A DNA stretch of 64,000 nucleotides, taken from NCBI RefSeq assembly GCF_006345805.1, contig NC_042997.1:86614001-86678000 (forward strand), read 5' to 3'. The translations under genes and the position numbers were made by a program. Under the pieces are notes generated by a model. It worked only from the letters and a program-made list of their open reading frames with translations. It had not been told where the DNA came from and ran no database searches. Shown here piece by piece: positions 12,111-22,173 of the stretch (the stretch's first letter is position 1; each line of letters begins with the position of its first letter). This stretch comes from Octopus sinensis. Lineage: Eukaryota.

Positions 12111-13172
12111 ACACAGTGTGAGTAACAGACAGACAAAACTATTGAAAAGGTTGCAAGACATAACGAAAATTTTAGAAAAATAAAAAAGAAATAAGTGAAA
12201 GTTTTACCGGTGAATGTGTTAAATTATAAGGCACCAAAAGTGAATGACTCTCCCCAGACAACAGAATATGCTTCAACACACGAACTCACATAAAGAATCT
12301 TGCAAACCAAATCCCAAAACGAAATATAGATGTCTGTTTCACTAGAAATATGGTAACAAAAGGGTCAATGTGGAATAATATATTTTACTAGGTTTAAATA
12401 TATTTTAAAGAAGTGTTGTCAAAAATGTATTATTTTTATCACTTAGTCAGTAGTGGCCATTGCCTTTTACAGGGCTGAGACTGGTGAGAGGGAGGGAGTT
12501 AGGAAGATATCCTTAAACCAGAGACCTGTCCTGAGTGTTTGCAACAGAGTGGACAACACAAAGGGTATCTAAGGATCAGATGATGGTGTTAAACCAGGTA
12601 ATGGAATAAGTCTACTACCCATGAAGGTCACAGTGGAATTTGAACTCCATATAAAGTGCTAGAACAAATGCTACAAGGTATCCCATCTGACACTCTAATG
12701 TTTCTTCAAGTCCATCACTTTGCTTGACAACAAAGGACTGTTGGTGACAGGAAGGACATCCAACCATTGAAAATGTGTCTCAACAAATTCATCTGACCAA
12801 TGCAAAAATAGAAAATTGGACATTAAAAGTGATGATGTTGGTGGTAGAGGAGAAGAGAGAGAGAGAAATCATCTTTTTTTTATTATGTAATAGAATTAAG
12901 ATGACTAATATAAATATGAGAGCTGAGTAGTCACACTAGTTTTAAAGTTATCCTCCCGCATACGCATTGGATTTGGGGTGAAATCCTATGAATCTTAAAA
13001 GAAAATACCGATTTTTATGAAATCAATTATAGCATTTTCCTTAAGTTCAATTATTTCATTTTGATTTAAATGGTTTTGTGTTTGTATTATCAGTGTTTTT
13101 GTTTTTGCTATTGATTTGTCTCCAAGTATTCATTTTTGTGTTTGATATTTTAAATGTTCTTATTATCAACAG

Positions 13173-13243
13173 ATCTTTGAAGCTAATGTCAAGGCACCAT
13201 TCTTGTTTTGCAAAGATGTAGCACCACTGATGGAAAAAAGAGG
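13173..13243 (+). CDS. DHRS4: DHRS4-like exon 5 (IFEANVKAPFLFCKDVAPLMEKRG)
   Basis: aacag acceptor, GTATGT donor, contains the SDR catalytic-tetrad Asn (NV); 71 nt. Confidence 0.93.
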
Positions 13244-13519
13244 GTATGTTATTTATTCTTTCACTGGTTTCAGTTTTTGGACTGTGTCCATGCCAGAACA
13301 CCATATTCAGGAAAGTTTGGTTGATTAAATACTTATTCCCCACCACTTTGTCCTTAGCCAAACAAAGTAGTTGGAAAGTGATTGAAAAAAAATATATTTA
13401 CCTGGAAATAAAAGTACACAAATTGGAGGGAAGAAATGCTGCAAGATATTTTCACATAATGCTGCAATTTATCACATGCACTTATAATATATATACACAT
13501 GCATATATATATATGTATG

Positions 13520-13558
<39 letters not shown>

Positions 13559-13844
13559 AAATGTGGCAAAGTGAAATGAAGTGGTTTTGTTCAAGTATGC
13601 ACTGCACTGTCGATCTGGGAACTGAAAGCAAGCATGATCTTATGACCAAGAGTGCAACACCCTAACCACTAGGTTATATACTTTCACACACACACATAGA
13701 TGTGCAACAGTTTCTGTTTATCAGACAACACCTGTAAATCTTTGGTATGATTATGGCTCACAATGAGATCAAATCCCTAACTTGAACCCGACTTCTTAAC
13801 CTCACAGCTATGCCTCTGTCCTCAATATTAAACTATTTAGATTA

Positions 13845-14132
13845 CACAGTGCTATATTTAAGGTGAGGAATTATGTATGTTATTTACATTTGACGGATAT
13901 TTGTCCTCATCTTGTTTGTTGCTAACACAACGTTTTGGCTGATATACCCTCCAGCCATCATCAGGTGTCTTGGAGAAATTTTGAACCTGGGTTCTCATTC
14001 CTAAGGTATTTTTCGATGTTATTATTATTAGTATTCAGGTCACTGCCTGGAATTGAATTCGGAATCTTGGGGTTAGTAGCCCACACTCTTAACCACTACA
14101 CCATATGCCCATGGACATATGGTGTAGTGGTT
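13845..14132 (-). mobile_element. tRNA-headed short retroelement carrying a hammerhead-like motif, with an inverted 5' duplication
   Basis: Minus-strand head gggcatatggtgtagtggttaagagtgtgggctactaaccccaagattccgaattcaattcc (A- and B-box-like), (aat)n linker, then the HHR-like region; 42-bp near-palindrome at 14091-14132. Confidence 0.7.
13924..13969 (-). ncRNA. Minimal (Penelope-type) type I hammerhead ribozyme motif, G12A in this copy
   Basis: GACAC-CUGAUGA-U-GGCUG(gagggtatat)CAGCC-AAAAC-GUU-GUGUU: helix I, conserved CUGAnGA, 5-bp helix II, (G>A)AAA, palindromic ACGU helix III, NUH triplet. Confidence 0.65.
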
Positions 14133-14359
14133 CCAGAGAAGTTGGGTGGTTGGAAGGTATTTTAATCCCAATGAATTTGTAATTCTTAAGATTTATATGA
14201 TTTGTATGACTGTTGTAGTGTGTAGATAAAGTAACAACAAATCAAATCTGCAACACAAGTTCAATCTCACTTATCTCATATTTCCAGTTTCCTGTAAGCA
14301 GCATCCAATTTGACTTGTCTGCATTATATGTGAAAATGAAACCATAAGTAATCTCTTAA

Positions 14360-14578
14360 CCCTTTAGCATTTTGATTACTGTATCACATGTAATCCTTAT
14401 TCATTTACATTGTTTTGTGTTAATCTTGCATTATCTTCTAACTTTAAGATTTCTATGATGCAATTGATTAGTTTTAGAATAACATTGTAAGGTAGGTAAG
14501 AGGCCATATGTGGTCAGTCTGAACAAAAAAAAAAACAGAATATTTGGGCTGGATATGGCTGTTTTAAATACTAAAGGA
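14360..14578. mobile_element. piggyBac-type MITE (family G)
   Basis: TTAA|CCCTTTAGCATT ... AATACTAAAGGA|TTAA; TTAA at 14356-14359 and 14579-14582. Confidence 0.7.
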
Positions 14579-14680
14579 TTAAGGGTTCTGAGATATCTTC
14601 ATATGATTGACATGTACAAAACATTTTAAAAAGAAGTATGTACATAAATGATATCATTTCCATTTAAAAATCTATTTCAG

Positions 14681-14732
14681 TGGTGGCTCCATAATATTTG
14701 TGTCATCTATACTAGGTTACCATCCAGAAGCA
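14681..14732 (+). CDS. DHRS4: DHRS4-like exon 6 (GGSIIFVSSILGYHPEA)
   Basis: tttcag acceptor, GTAAGT donor, catalytic Ser (VSS); 52 nt. Confidence 0.93.
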
Positions 14733-15039
14733 GTAAGTAATTTAACTGTAATTTTAATAAAGTGCTGTTTTTTTTTGTTTTACTTATAAATTTGTTTCAA
14801 GAACTTTTCGTAGCAAATAATTTGGACTTAATTTTATGCTAAAATCAAACAAAGTTGTTTTGTATAAATTGATTTTTTTTTGCTCTCTTTGCTTATCTTT
14901 CAATTAGAACCATTTTACTGCCTTTGTCTCAAGAATACATTGTAAAATGTGGAAGCCTCTATGTCATCATGTAACTTTCCAGAAATAGTAGCTTACAATC
15001 TTAGAAAAAGAAAGGATACATTGAATGATGTAGTTCAGG

Positions 15040-15300
15040 ACTACGCATCTTTGCAAAACACAAAAATGCACTGAGTCATACAGACTGTCTGCAAACGTGC
15101 ATGCGCATTCAACTGTTGGGCATAAGGGGTCGGTTTATCAATTTTTTTAATGGCTTTTTGGGGTGACTGGGAAAATGAAAAGATCTTCACAACCACCCTC
15201 AGACAGTTTTGAAAGCCCATAGAAAATGCGAGCCTTTTACGTGAAAAACTGTGGATTTGTATAAAGGACACACAGACAGTTTGCCGTTTATAGATATAGA
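15040..15300 (-). mobile_element. Helitron-like non-autonomous element, 5' portion
   Basis: Minus strand starts TCTATATCTATAAACGGCAAACTGTCTGTGTGTC, a 5' signature of invertebrate non-autonomous Helitrons; no 3' CTRR found. Confidence 0.35.
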
Positions 15301-15322
15301 GTTGTGAATTATGGTTATGAAT

Positions 15323-15683
15323 AAAACCATCCGAACGTGGCCGTAGCCAGTACCGCATCGACTGGCCTCCGTGCTGTGGGCACGTAACAAACACCATCTG
15401 ATCGTGGCCGTTCGCCAGCCTCATCTGGCACTTGTGTCGGTGGCACATAAAAAACACCATCCGAGCGTGGCCGTTCGCCAGCCTCGTCTGGCACCTGTGT
15501 CGGTGGCACATAAAATCACCCACTACGCTCTCGGAGTGGTTGGCGTTAGGAAGGGCATCCAGCTGTAGAAACACTGCCAGATCTGACTGGCCTGGTGCAG
15601 CCTTTGGGCTCCCCAGACCCCAGTTGAACCGTCCAACCCATGCTAGCATGGAAAGCGGACGTTAAATGATGATGATGATGATG
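15323..15683 (+). mobile_element. Family D copy (three internal units)
   Basis: Same units, body and (gat)n tail. Confidence 0.78.
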
Positions 15684-16157
15684 AATAAAGTTCAAATTTA
15701 TACTACAGATATGTAGTGACACAAAACTTAAATACTTTTAAAAGTTTTAGAATAAATTATGTTTATGTATTTGTTTTGCAAGATTCTTGATGTGAAATGT
15801 TTATTGAAACAAATATTGTTATACTTGGTGATGATCATTGTTTTTTGCCAATTAAATGAACACTGTTTGCAATAAGCAGGACAAGAAGAGACACATAGGA
15901 CAGAGGGTCACTGAACGTGTGATGAAAGAATTTTGACAGATGTATCAACTAAAAATAATACAAATAAAAACTGAAGTGAAGATTGAATAAATTGTGCATG
16001 GGAAGAAAAAAAATGACCATCCTGAAGTATAACAATATTTTAGAATAATCTTATAGATAAAAATGCATTAAACTACATTTTTAAAATGGATTTTTAAAGT
16101 TTAATATTTTTAATATTGTGAAAGATTTGTAATTTATTTATTTCAATTTTATTTCAG

Positions 16158-16292
16158 TTTCTTGGCTGTTATTCTGTTAGCAAAACAGCTCTCCTTGGTT
16201 TGGTAAAAGTACTTGTTCCTCAGCTTAATGCAATGAATATCAGAGTGAATAGCATAGCTCCTGGTCTTATTGATACCAAATTCAGTCAAATG
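16158..16292 (+). CDS. DHRS4: DHRS4-like exon 7 (FLGCYSVSKTALLGL...RVNSIAPGLIDTKFSQM)
   Basis: YxxxK catalytic motif (YSVSK), RVNxIxPG motif; tttcag acceptor, GTAAAT donor; 135 nt. Confidence 0.95.
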
Positions 16293-16809
16293 GTAAATAG
16301 CATTTTAATAACTTATTTTCTTTTCTGTCATTTTGTTCTTTACTTAAAAAAAAATTAAAGTATTAATCTTTAGCATACTTGGGCTCATTATGGTACTGCC
16401 TGAGATTTCTTCCTTGTAGTTGTGGGCATAGTGTTGTGCATTGAGAGGGGACAAAATTTGTATGGTGACATAATGTGCCTACAGCATGCCAAAGGTTAAA
16501 AAGCCAATGTTTGCAAGGCAGATGCTGTTGGTCCAGAACAGAAGTAAGTTTCTCTGTGGAACAAACATACAAACCTAATTTTGATTCTAAGCTTTGTTTT
16601 TTAGACTTAGTCGGAGACAGAAATGCAGTGCTCATAACCATTTTTTCTTTGGAGCCTCCAGGGCAGATAGGAAGAGGTTATTCTCAGATGTAGCTCACAA
16701 CAGGGAAGATATCACTAAACCACACAAATTGAAGTGGAGGTATTAAACCAGGGGTACATATTAAGCTTCTTACCCATTAATGAGTTGGGGTATACCTTGA
16801 ATACTATAT

Positions 16810-17281
16810 AATCTTTCCTCATCATAAAGCATGGCTTAGACTCCACAGGCTTCCATTCTCAGCTCAAGCCAACAGGAATAGACTGAGGGGACAGTAAAGG
16901 GCTTGACAGTATGACAATTTTTTCCCTTTCCATGGTGGTAGGCTTCTCATCTGGGATGCTACATGTTGTTATACCTTCTCCAGTAGCAATTTGGTGTGCT
17001 GAGTTGCCAGCCCAGGCTCCACTGCTTGTCAGGCTGAGAAAAGCAAACTATCAATGTATCAGTTACTCTCTGACAGGTTTATGGTTGGGCCTGTGATAGT
17101 AGACACCTCTGGTGTTCTTGGCCCCTGGACCATATCCCTACTCTCCGCTATTGGGGCAGAGATGGTTGTCTGCAAGTGTGAGCACCACGAGTCAGAGTGG
17201 CAGTTCCAGCGCATCTCCCTTACCATCCTTCAGGGCAACACCTTATCTATTTTATCTGCTGGGGTTATGAAGCAGAGATAA
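16810..17281 (+). mobile_element. CRE-clade non-LTR retrotransposon remnant, restriction-like endonuclease domain
   Basis: Frameshifted segments read IIKHGLDSTGFHSQLKPTGID*GDSKGLDSMT / FPFHGGRLLIWDATC / PGSTACQAEKSKLSMYQLLSDRFMVGPVIVDTSGVLGP / FQRISLTILQGNTLSIL, matching the RPDG, WD.T, AE..K..KY, ET.G and QR.S..IQ.GN motifs. Confidence 0.68.
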
Positions 17282-17713
17282 AAACTAAAACATGACTACA
17301 TATATTTCACCCACTAAACATTCCACTAGTTCTATGGTCAGGATTAATTTTTCCTCTCAAATTTTGAAAGAAATTGTTAACCCAAGGGAGTCAGTACCTA
17401 AAGGCAGAGTTAATTTCTCAATGAATAGAGGCTAAAACTGTATCTTGATTACCTAAGTATATATTTTATTTGAAATATGTTCTAAAACATCTTTGAGAAA
17501 TTTGTCCATGTCAGACATTCTCATTTTCTGGTCCACACATGTTAACACAAAAAATTTACATCTGTTTTATAGATTTCTTCCATCATCATTGTCTTTTTAA
17601 CTATTATTGCTGTTGTTTAGCCCAGGTCAGCCCTATGATCAAAATATTCTGTCCCTGATCACCTTGTCCTTTTTTTTAAGCAATATACAATTTATTGTAT
17701 TTCGGGATGGTTG

Positions 17714-17910
17714 TTTTTTTTTTTGCCAAATAAACACATGTACTATATATTTTTTCTTCACTCATTTATTACTGTTCTTATTTCATTGTTTTCATTCATG
17801 TCCATTGTCCACGAGTTAATGGACATGAGTTAGAATAATGAAATAAGAACAGTAATAAACAAGTTAAGAAAAAATATATAGTGCATGTATTTATTTGGCA
17901 AAAAAAAAAA
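17714..17910. repeat. Long near-perfect inverted repeat (82-bp arms plus T/A tracts, 11-nt spacer)
   Basis: Arms 17725-17806 and 17818-17899 are 73/82 complementary without gaps by manual alignment. Confidence 0.92.
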
Positions 17911-18157
17911 AGACCATCTGTTTCAGCACATGATTTCACATCAGGAATCTTACAAAATGAATATATAAGACTACTATGATAATATTATTCAATGGGTTCC
18001 CTACTCTTGTGTGGTTAAGAAGCTCACTTAGTAACCATGTGATTTTGCATTCAGTACACTAAGTCATGCCTTGGGCACCTTCTACTATGGTCCCAGGTTG
18101 ACCAATTCCTTGTGAGTGAATTTGGCTGATGGAAAGAAACAGTGTGGAAGCCTGATA

Positions 18158-18208
<51 letters not shown>

Positions 18209-18960
18209 CAAAGTAAGATAGGGGTTATGGGTCATGAAATTCCAACATAGTCTGATTTTCACCTTTTATTATTTACAATTTTTACAATATTGAAATAAAC
18301 TAGTACTTTCATGCATTATGCCATCAACAAGTTCATGTAATGAGTCGTGTTCCACAATTGATGACTGTATATAATATATTCTTCTATACATAATCATACA
18401 AACTCGGATATATATATATATACGTACACATACATATGTGTGTGTGTGTGTGTGTGTATGAGTACGTTTTTGTGTTTGCACTCTCCATTGGTGTTTATTC
18501 CCCTGTAACTTAACAGTTTGGCAAAAAAAATTTAAAATCCTAACAGAATATGTACCAAACTTTTTATCAAGTAAACCCTTCAAGGTGGTAAACCAGCATG
18601 AATGCAGACCAATGACTGAAAGAAGTAAAAAAAAAATCAAAAAAAATCAATAAAGCATTAATCAGGCTGTTATTTCTAGCATGTCAAGTTATCACTCAGA
18701 GACAGCCTTGTTGGTTAGTATAATGTTGAATATTATTGAATAACTCTTTCAAAAGAATTTTTAAGATCACTTGATGATGATGATTTATCAGGCTTGTTTA
18801 GCTTTCTATCTACAGCAAATGAGACTTGTGGACCTGAAACTTACTCCTTATCAGTACTTGTGCTACTACTCTGTAAACTAAGGAACTGCTTAGGGCACAA
18901 AATCTAGAGACATCACACAAATTCTGAACAACGAAATTTCTTAATCCTTTTGTTACTATA

Positions 18961-19364
18961 GGCGCAGGAGTGGCTGTGTGGTAAGTAGCTTGCTAACCAA
19001 CCACATGGTTCCGGGTTCAGTCCAACTGCGTGGCATCTTGGGCAAGTGTCTTCTACTATAGCCTCGGGCCGACCAAAGCCTTGTGAGTGGATTTGGTAGA
19101 CGGAAACTGAAAGAAGCCTGTCGTATATATATATATGTATGTGTGTGTATATGTTTGTGTGTCTGTGTTTGTCCCCCTAGCATTGCTTGACAACCGATGC
19201 TGGTGTGTTTACATCCCCGTCACTTAGCGGTTCGGCAAAAGAGACCAATAGAATAAGTACTGGGCTTACAAAGAATAAGTCCCGGGGTCGATTTGCTCGA
19301 CTAAAGGCGGTGCTCCAGCATGGCCACAGTCAAAATGACTGAAACAAGTAAAAGAGTAAAAGAG
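18961..19364 (+). mobile_element. Family A tRNA-derived SINE, full length
   Basis: Head ggcgcaggagtggctgtgtgg..ccgggttcagtcc, core cttgggcaagtgtcttctactatagcc, internal (TA/TG)n, tail gtgctccagcatggcc..gactgaaacaagtaaaagag. Confidence 0.85.
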
Positions 19365-19757
19365 TATATATCTGTTGAAATACACTGCTTTTATTTCAAT
19401 TAATTTTGAAAATAAGAAAGGGTTTAGTAAACTAACTTTCTCATTTTGAAGATGGTGTTTGATACATAAATTAACATGCAATTTTGATGGAAGATTTTAA
19501 TTTAGATTGTTTTAAAAGAAGTTTGTATCATAGAACCAGGAGTTGTGTTGGGTGGGTTGGTATCAAAAGGGTTAAGCTAATCCAATTAAAAACATGAAAT
19601 CTCGGTAGTAAGTAGAGTAGGAAATGTCACTTTTGAAACACAAGGAAATGGAGGACAAGGTTGACCAGTAGGATGGGAAAGGAGGAGGAGTGTGTTGTAT
19701 TATGACCTGTCACATGATTTGGCATGAGACAAATTTAACATTATGCTAAATAATAAG

Positions 19758-20105
19758 ATGGTGAGCTGGCAGAAACGTTAGCACACAGGGTGAAATGCTT
19801 AGCGGTATTTCATCTGCTGTTGCGTTCTGAGTTCAAATTCCGCTGAGGTCGACTTGCCTTTCATCCTTTTGGGGTCGATAAATTAAGTACCAGTTATGTA
19901 ATCGACTTGATCTGTTTGTCTGTCCTCTTGTGGGTAGTAAAGAAATAGGTATTTTGTCCGTCTTTATGTCTTGAGTTCAGATTCCACCGAGGTTGACTTA
20001 GCCTTTCAAGGTTGATAAATTAAGTACCAGTTGCGTACTAGGGTTGATCTAATCGACTGGCACTCTCCCCAAAACTTTTGGGCCTTGTGCCTAGAGTAGA
20101 AAAGA
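19758..20105 (+). mobile_element. Family B SINE followed by a second partial B unit with a different tail
   Basis: gagctggcagaaacgttagc head and core twice; tail 1 ttgtgggtagtaaagaaatagg, tail 2 ggccttgtgcctagagtagaaaag. Confidence 0.75.
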
Positions 20106-20647
20106 ATATTTTACTTGATGATATGCATAATAGTACTATATATTTTGTGGTGTGCAAGATATAATTTTTCAACTACATTTTCCATTTTGTTTCGAGGTGG
20201 TGGCTGGAGGGACTTGTGAGAAAAATTGGTTAACTCGTTTGTATGTAAATCGGCCATATCTGCACAAAATACTCTACTAGTTTTATGGTCAAACTGGCCT
20301 TTCACACTTAACCTGATATTATTCCAAAAATAAAAACACATCACCGAAATTTCAAAGTTACAATATAATACATGGTTAATTCAAATCAATGTGAATAAAT
20401 AAGCATTATACCTGACAGAGTAATCTGAATGTTAAAGTATTGGGAAAAGGAGTCATACAGGGCTGGGCTGCAGAACTGGCCTTGGACATTGAATATTCTG
20501 GCATCAGCCTTGCTTACAGTACATCACAGTCTAATCTGCAACAACATATTTTTTTTTATGTTAAAATTAAGATCTTTGAAAAAAATAAAGTGTTCATTTG
20601 GCTGTTAACTGAAGAGTAATACTCTTTGTATTCTTTTGCATTTCTAG

Positions 20648-20691
20648 CTTAAATCAGATGAATCCATCTTGGCACGTATTCCCATGAATAG
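20648..20691 (+). CDS. DHRS4: DHRS4-like exon 8 (LKSDESILARIPMNR)
   Basis: ttctag acceptor, GTGAGT donor; 44 nt, phase 0/2, joins exon 9 in frame; IPMxR is typical of SDR C-terminal regions. Confidence 0.85.
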
Positions 20692-20861
20692 GTGAGTTTC
20701 AAAACTTAAAATTGATTTGTTTTAGAGAAGACAGGCAGATTTTGTTTTCCATTGTTTTTATTGATTAGTTTGAGGAAGCAGAGTAGTGCCTGATCATAGC
20801 CTTTCCAGGACCTTCAAGCATAGGAGATAAGGATAATGCTAATAAAAAGGCAACACCTCAA

Positions 20862-21200
20862 TGGAAAGTACACGGCTCGATGGTTCGAGCATTGAGCTTA
20901 CAATCTTGAGTTTGTGAGTCCGATTCCTGAACAAGGCTGTGTTGTGTTCTTGAGCAAGATACTTTATTTCATGTTGCTCCAGTTGACTCAGCTGTAGAAA
21001 TGAGATGCAATGTCACTGGCACCAAACTGTATTGGCACTTGCCTTTCCCTTGGACATCAGTGGCATGGAGAGGGTTGACTGGTATGCATGGGCAACTGCT
21101 GGTCTTCCACTAACAACCTTGTCCAGACTTGTGCCTTGGAGGGAAACTGTCTAGGTGCAATCTCATGGTCAGTTATGACCAAAGAGGGTCTTTACCCTTA
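20862..21200 (+). mobile_element. Family E tRNA-derived SINE (degenerate)
   Basis: Similar to 53857-54148: ttcttgagcaag core, cagctgtagaaatgag, ctaggtgcaatc tail. Confidence 0.7.
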
Positions 21201-21768
21201 CACCTGAAGGGCATATTCTGCATACTAAACACACTGTTCTCATATATAATGAATTGGTAAACTTTGATGAACTGACATTATCTATGCAGTTAATAGACAA
21301 AAAAAATCCCTCTAAGGATGCTTAAAATATAAAAATGTCAAGAGGTAGATGGTGCTAATAATACTAAGCAAAATTTATGGAAAACAAAGACCGTGTAGAT
21401 AGGAGTAAATCTTGTTTACAAAGTCAACTGATAAAAACAATTGTCATGTTTCAATCTTTTAATAAGATCTCCTCAGCTTTTTAAGTTAAGAAAGATTTGG
21501 CTATTATTTCTTACTGGCCAAGTGACAGTGTTGAGGTTCCCTCACTGGCTTGTATGAAATTAGGTTATCAAGGATGGTGTACAAGTCAAAGGTATTGAAA
21601 ATGGAATACCTGTATGCAGATAGTGAAGGAGTGTTTTGAAATGGTATGGCATTTATGTGTGTGTATCTACAACAATAGGTTTGTTACTAATAAGAATACA
21701 GAAGGGTTGGATGAAGAACCAGAGCCTTAAGTTACGAGTTGATCAGGCAATGAGGCAAGCCCTGTCAA

Positions 21769-22173
21769 TCTATATATATAAAATAAAGGATGTCTATGTG
21801 TGCAATATCTCTAGTTTTCAACTGATTTTCAAACATTACTTATGTGCCAAGGATGGTCATGCATTGTAATTTCTGGCCCAGAGCTCCTGCATAAAGTGAG
21901 AAACGGAAAAAAAGGTGTATTTTACGGGATTTTCTCTAAAAACTGTTGTTTTCAACCGATTCTCTCCCTTGCTCTCATTCTGTTTCTCTTGCTAACACAT
22001 ATTCTCTCTCACCCTCTGTAATAGTTTCTCTCTTTTTGTCTGTCTTTCCTTCCTTCCCTCCCTCTCTTTGACAAAAGGCGGTGCTCCAGCATGGCCAGTC
22101 AAATGACTGAAACAAGTAAACGAATAAAATTTATGCCATTTTAATCTTGAGCAATGCCAGGTATCTCAGCTAG
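21769..22173 (+). mobile_element. Non-autonomous Helitron carrying a SINE A 3' tail
   Basis: A|TCTATATATATAAAATAAAGG 5' end, 3' hairpin-like gagcaatgccagg and CTAG|T; no TSD. Confidence 0.65.
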
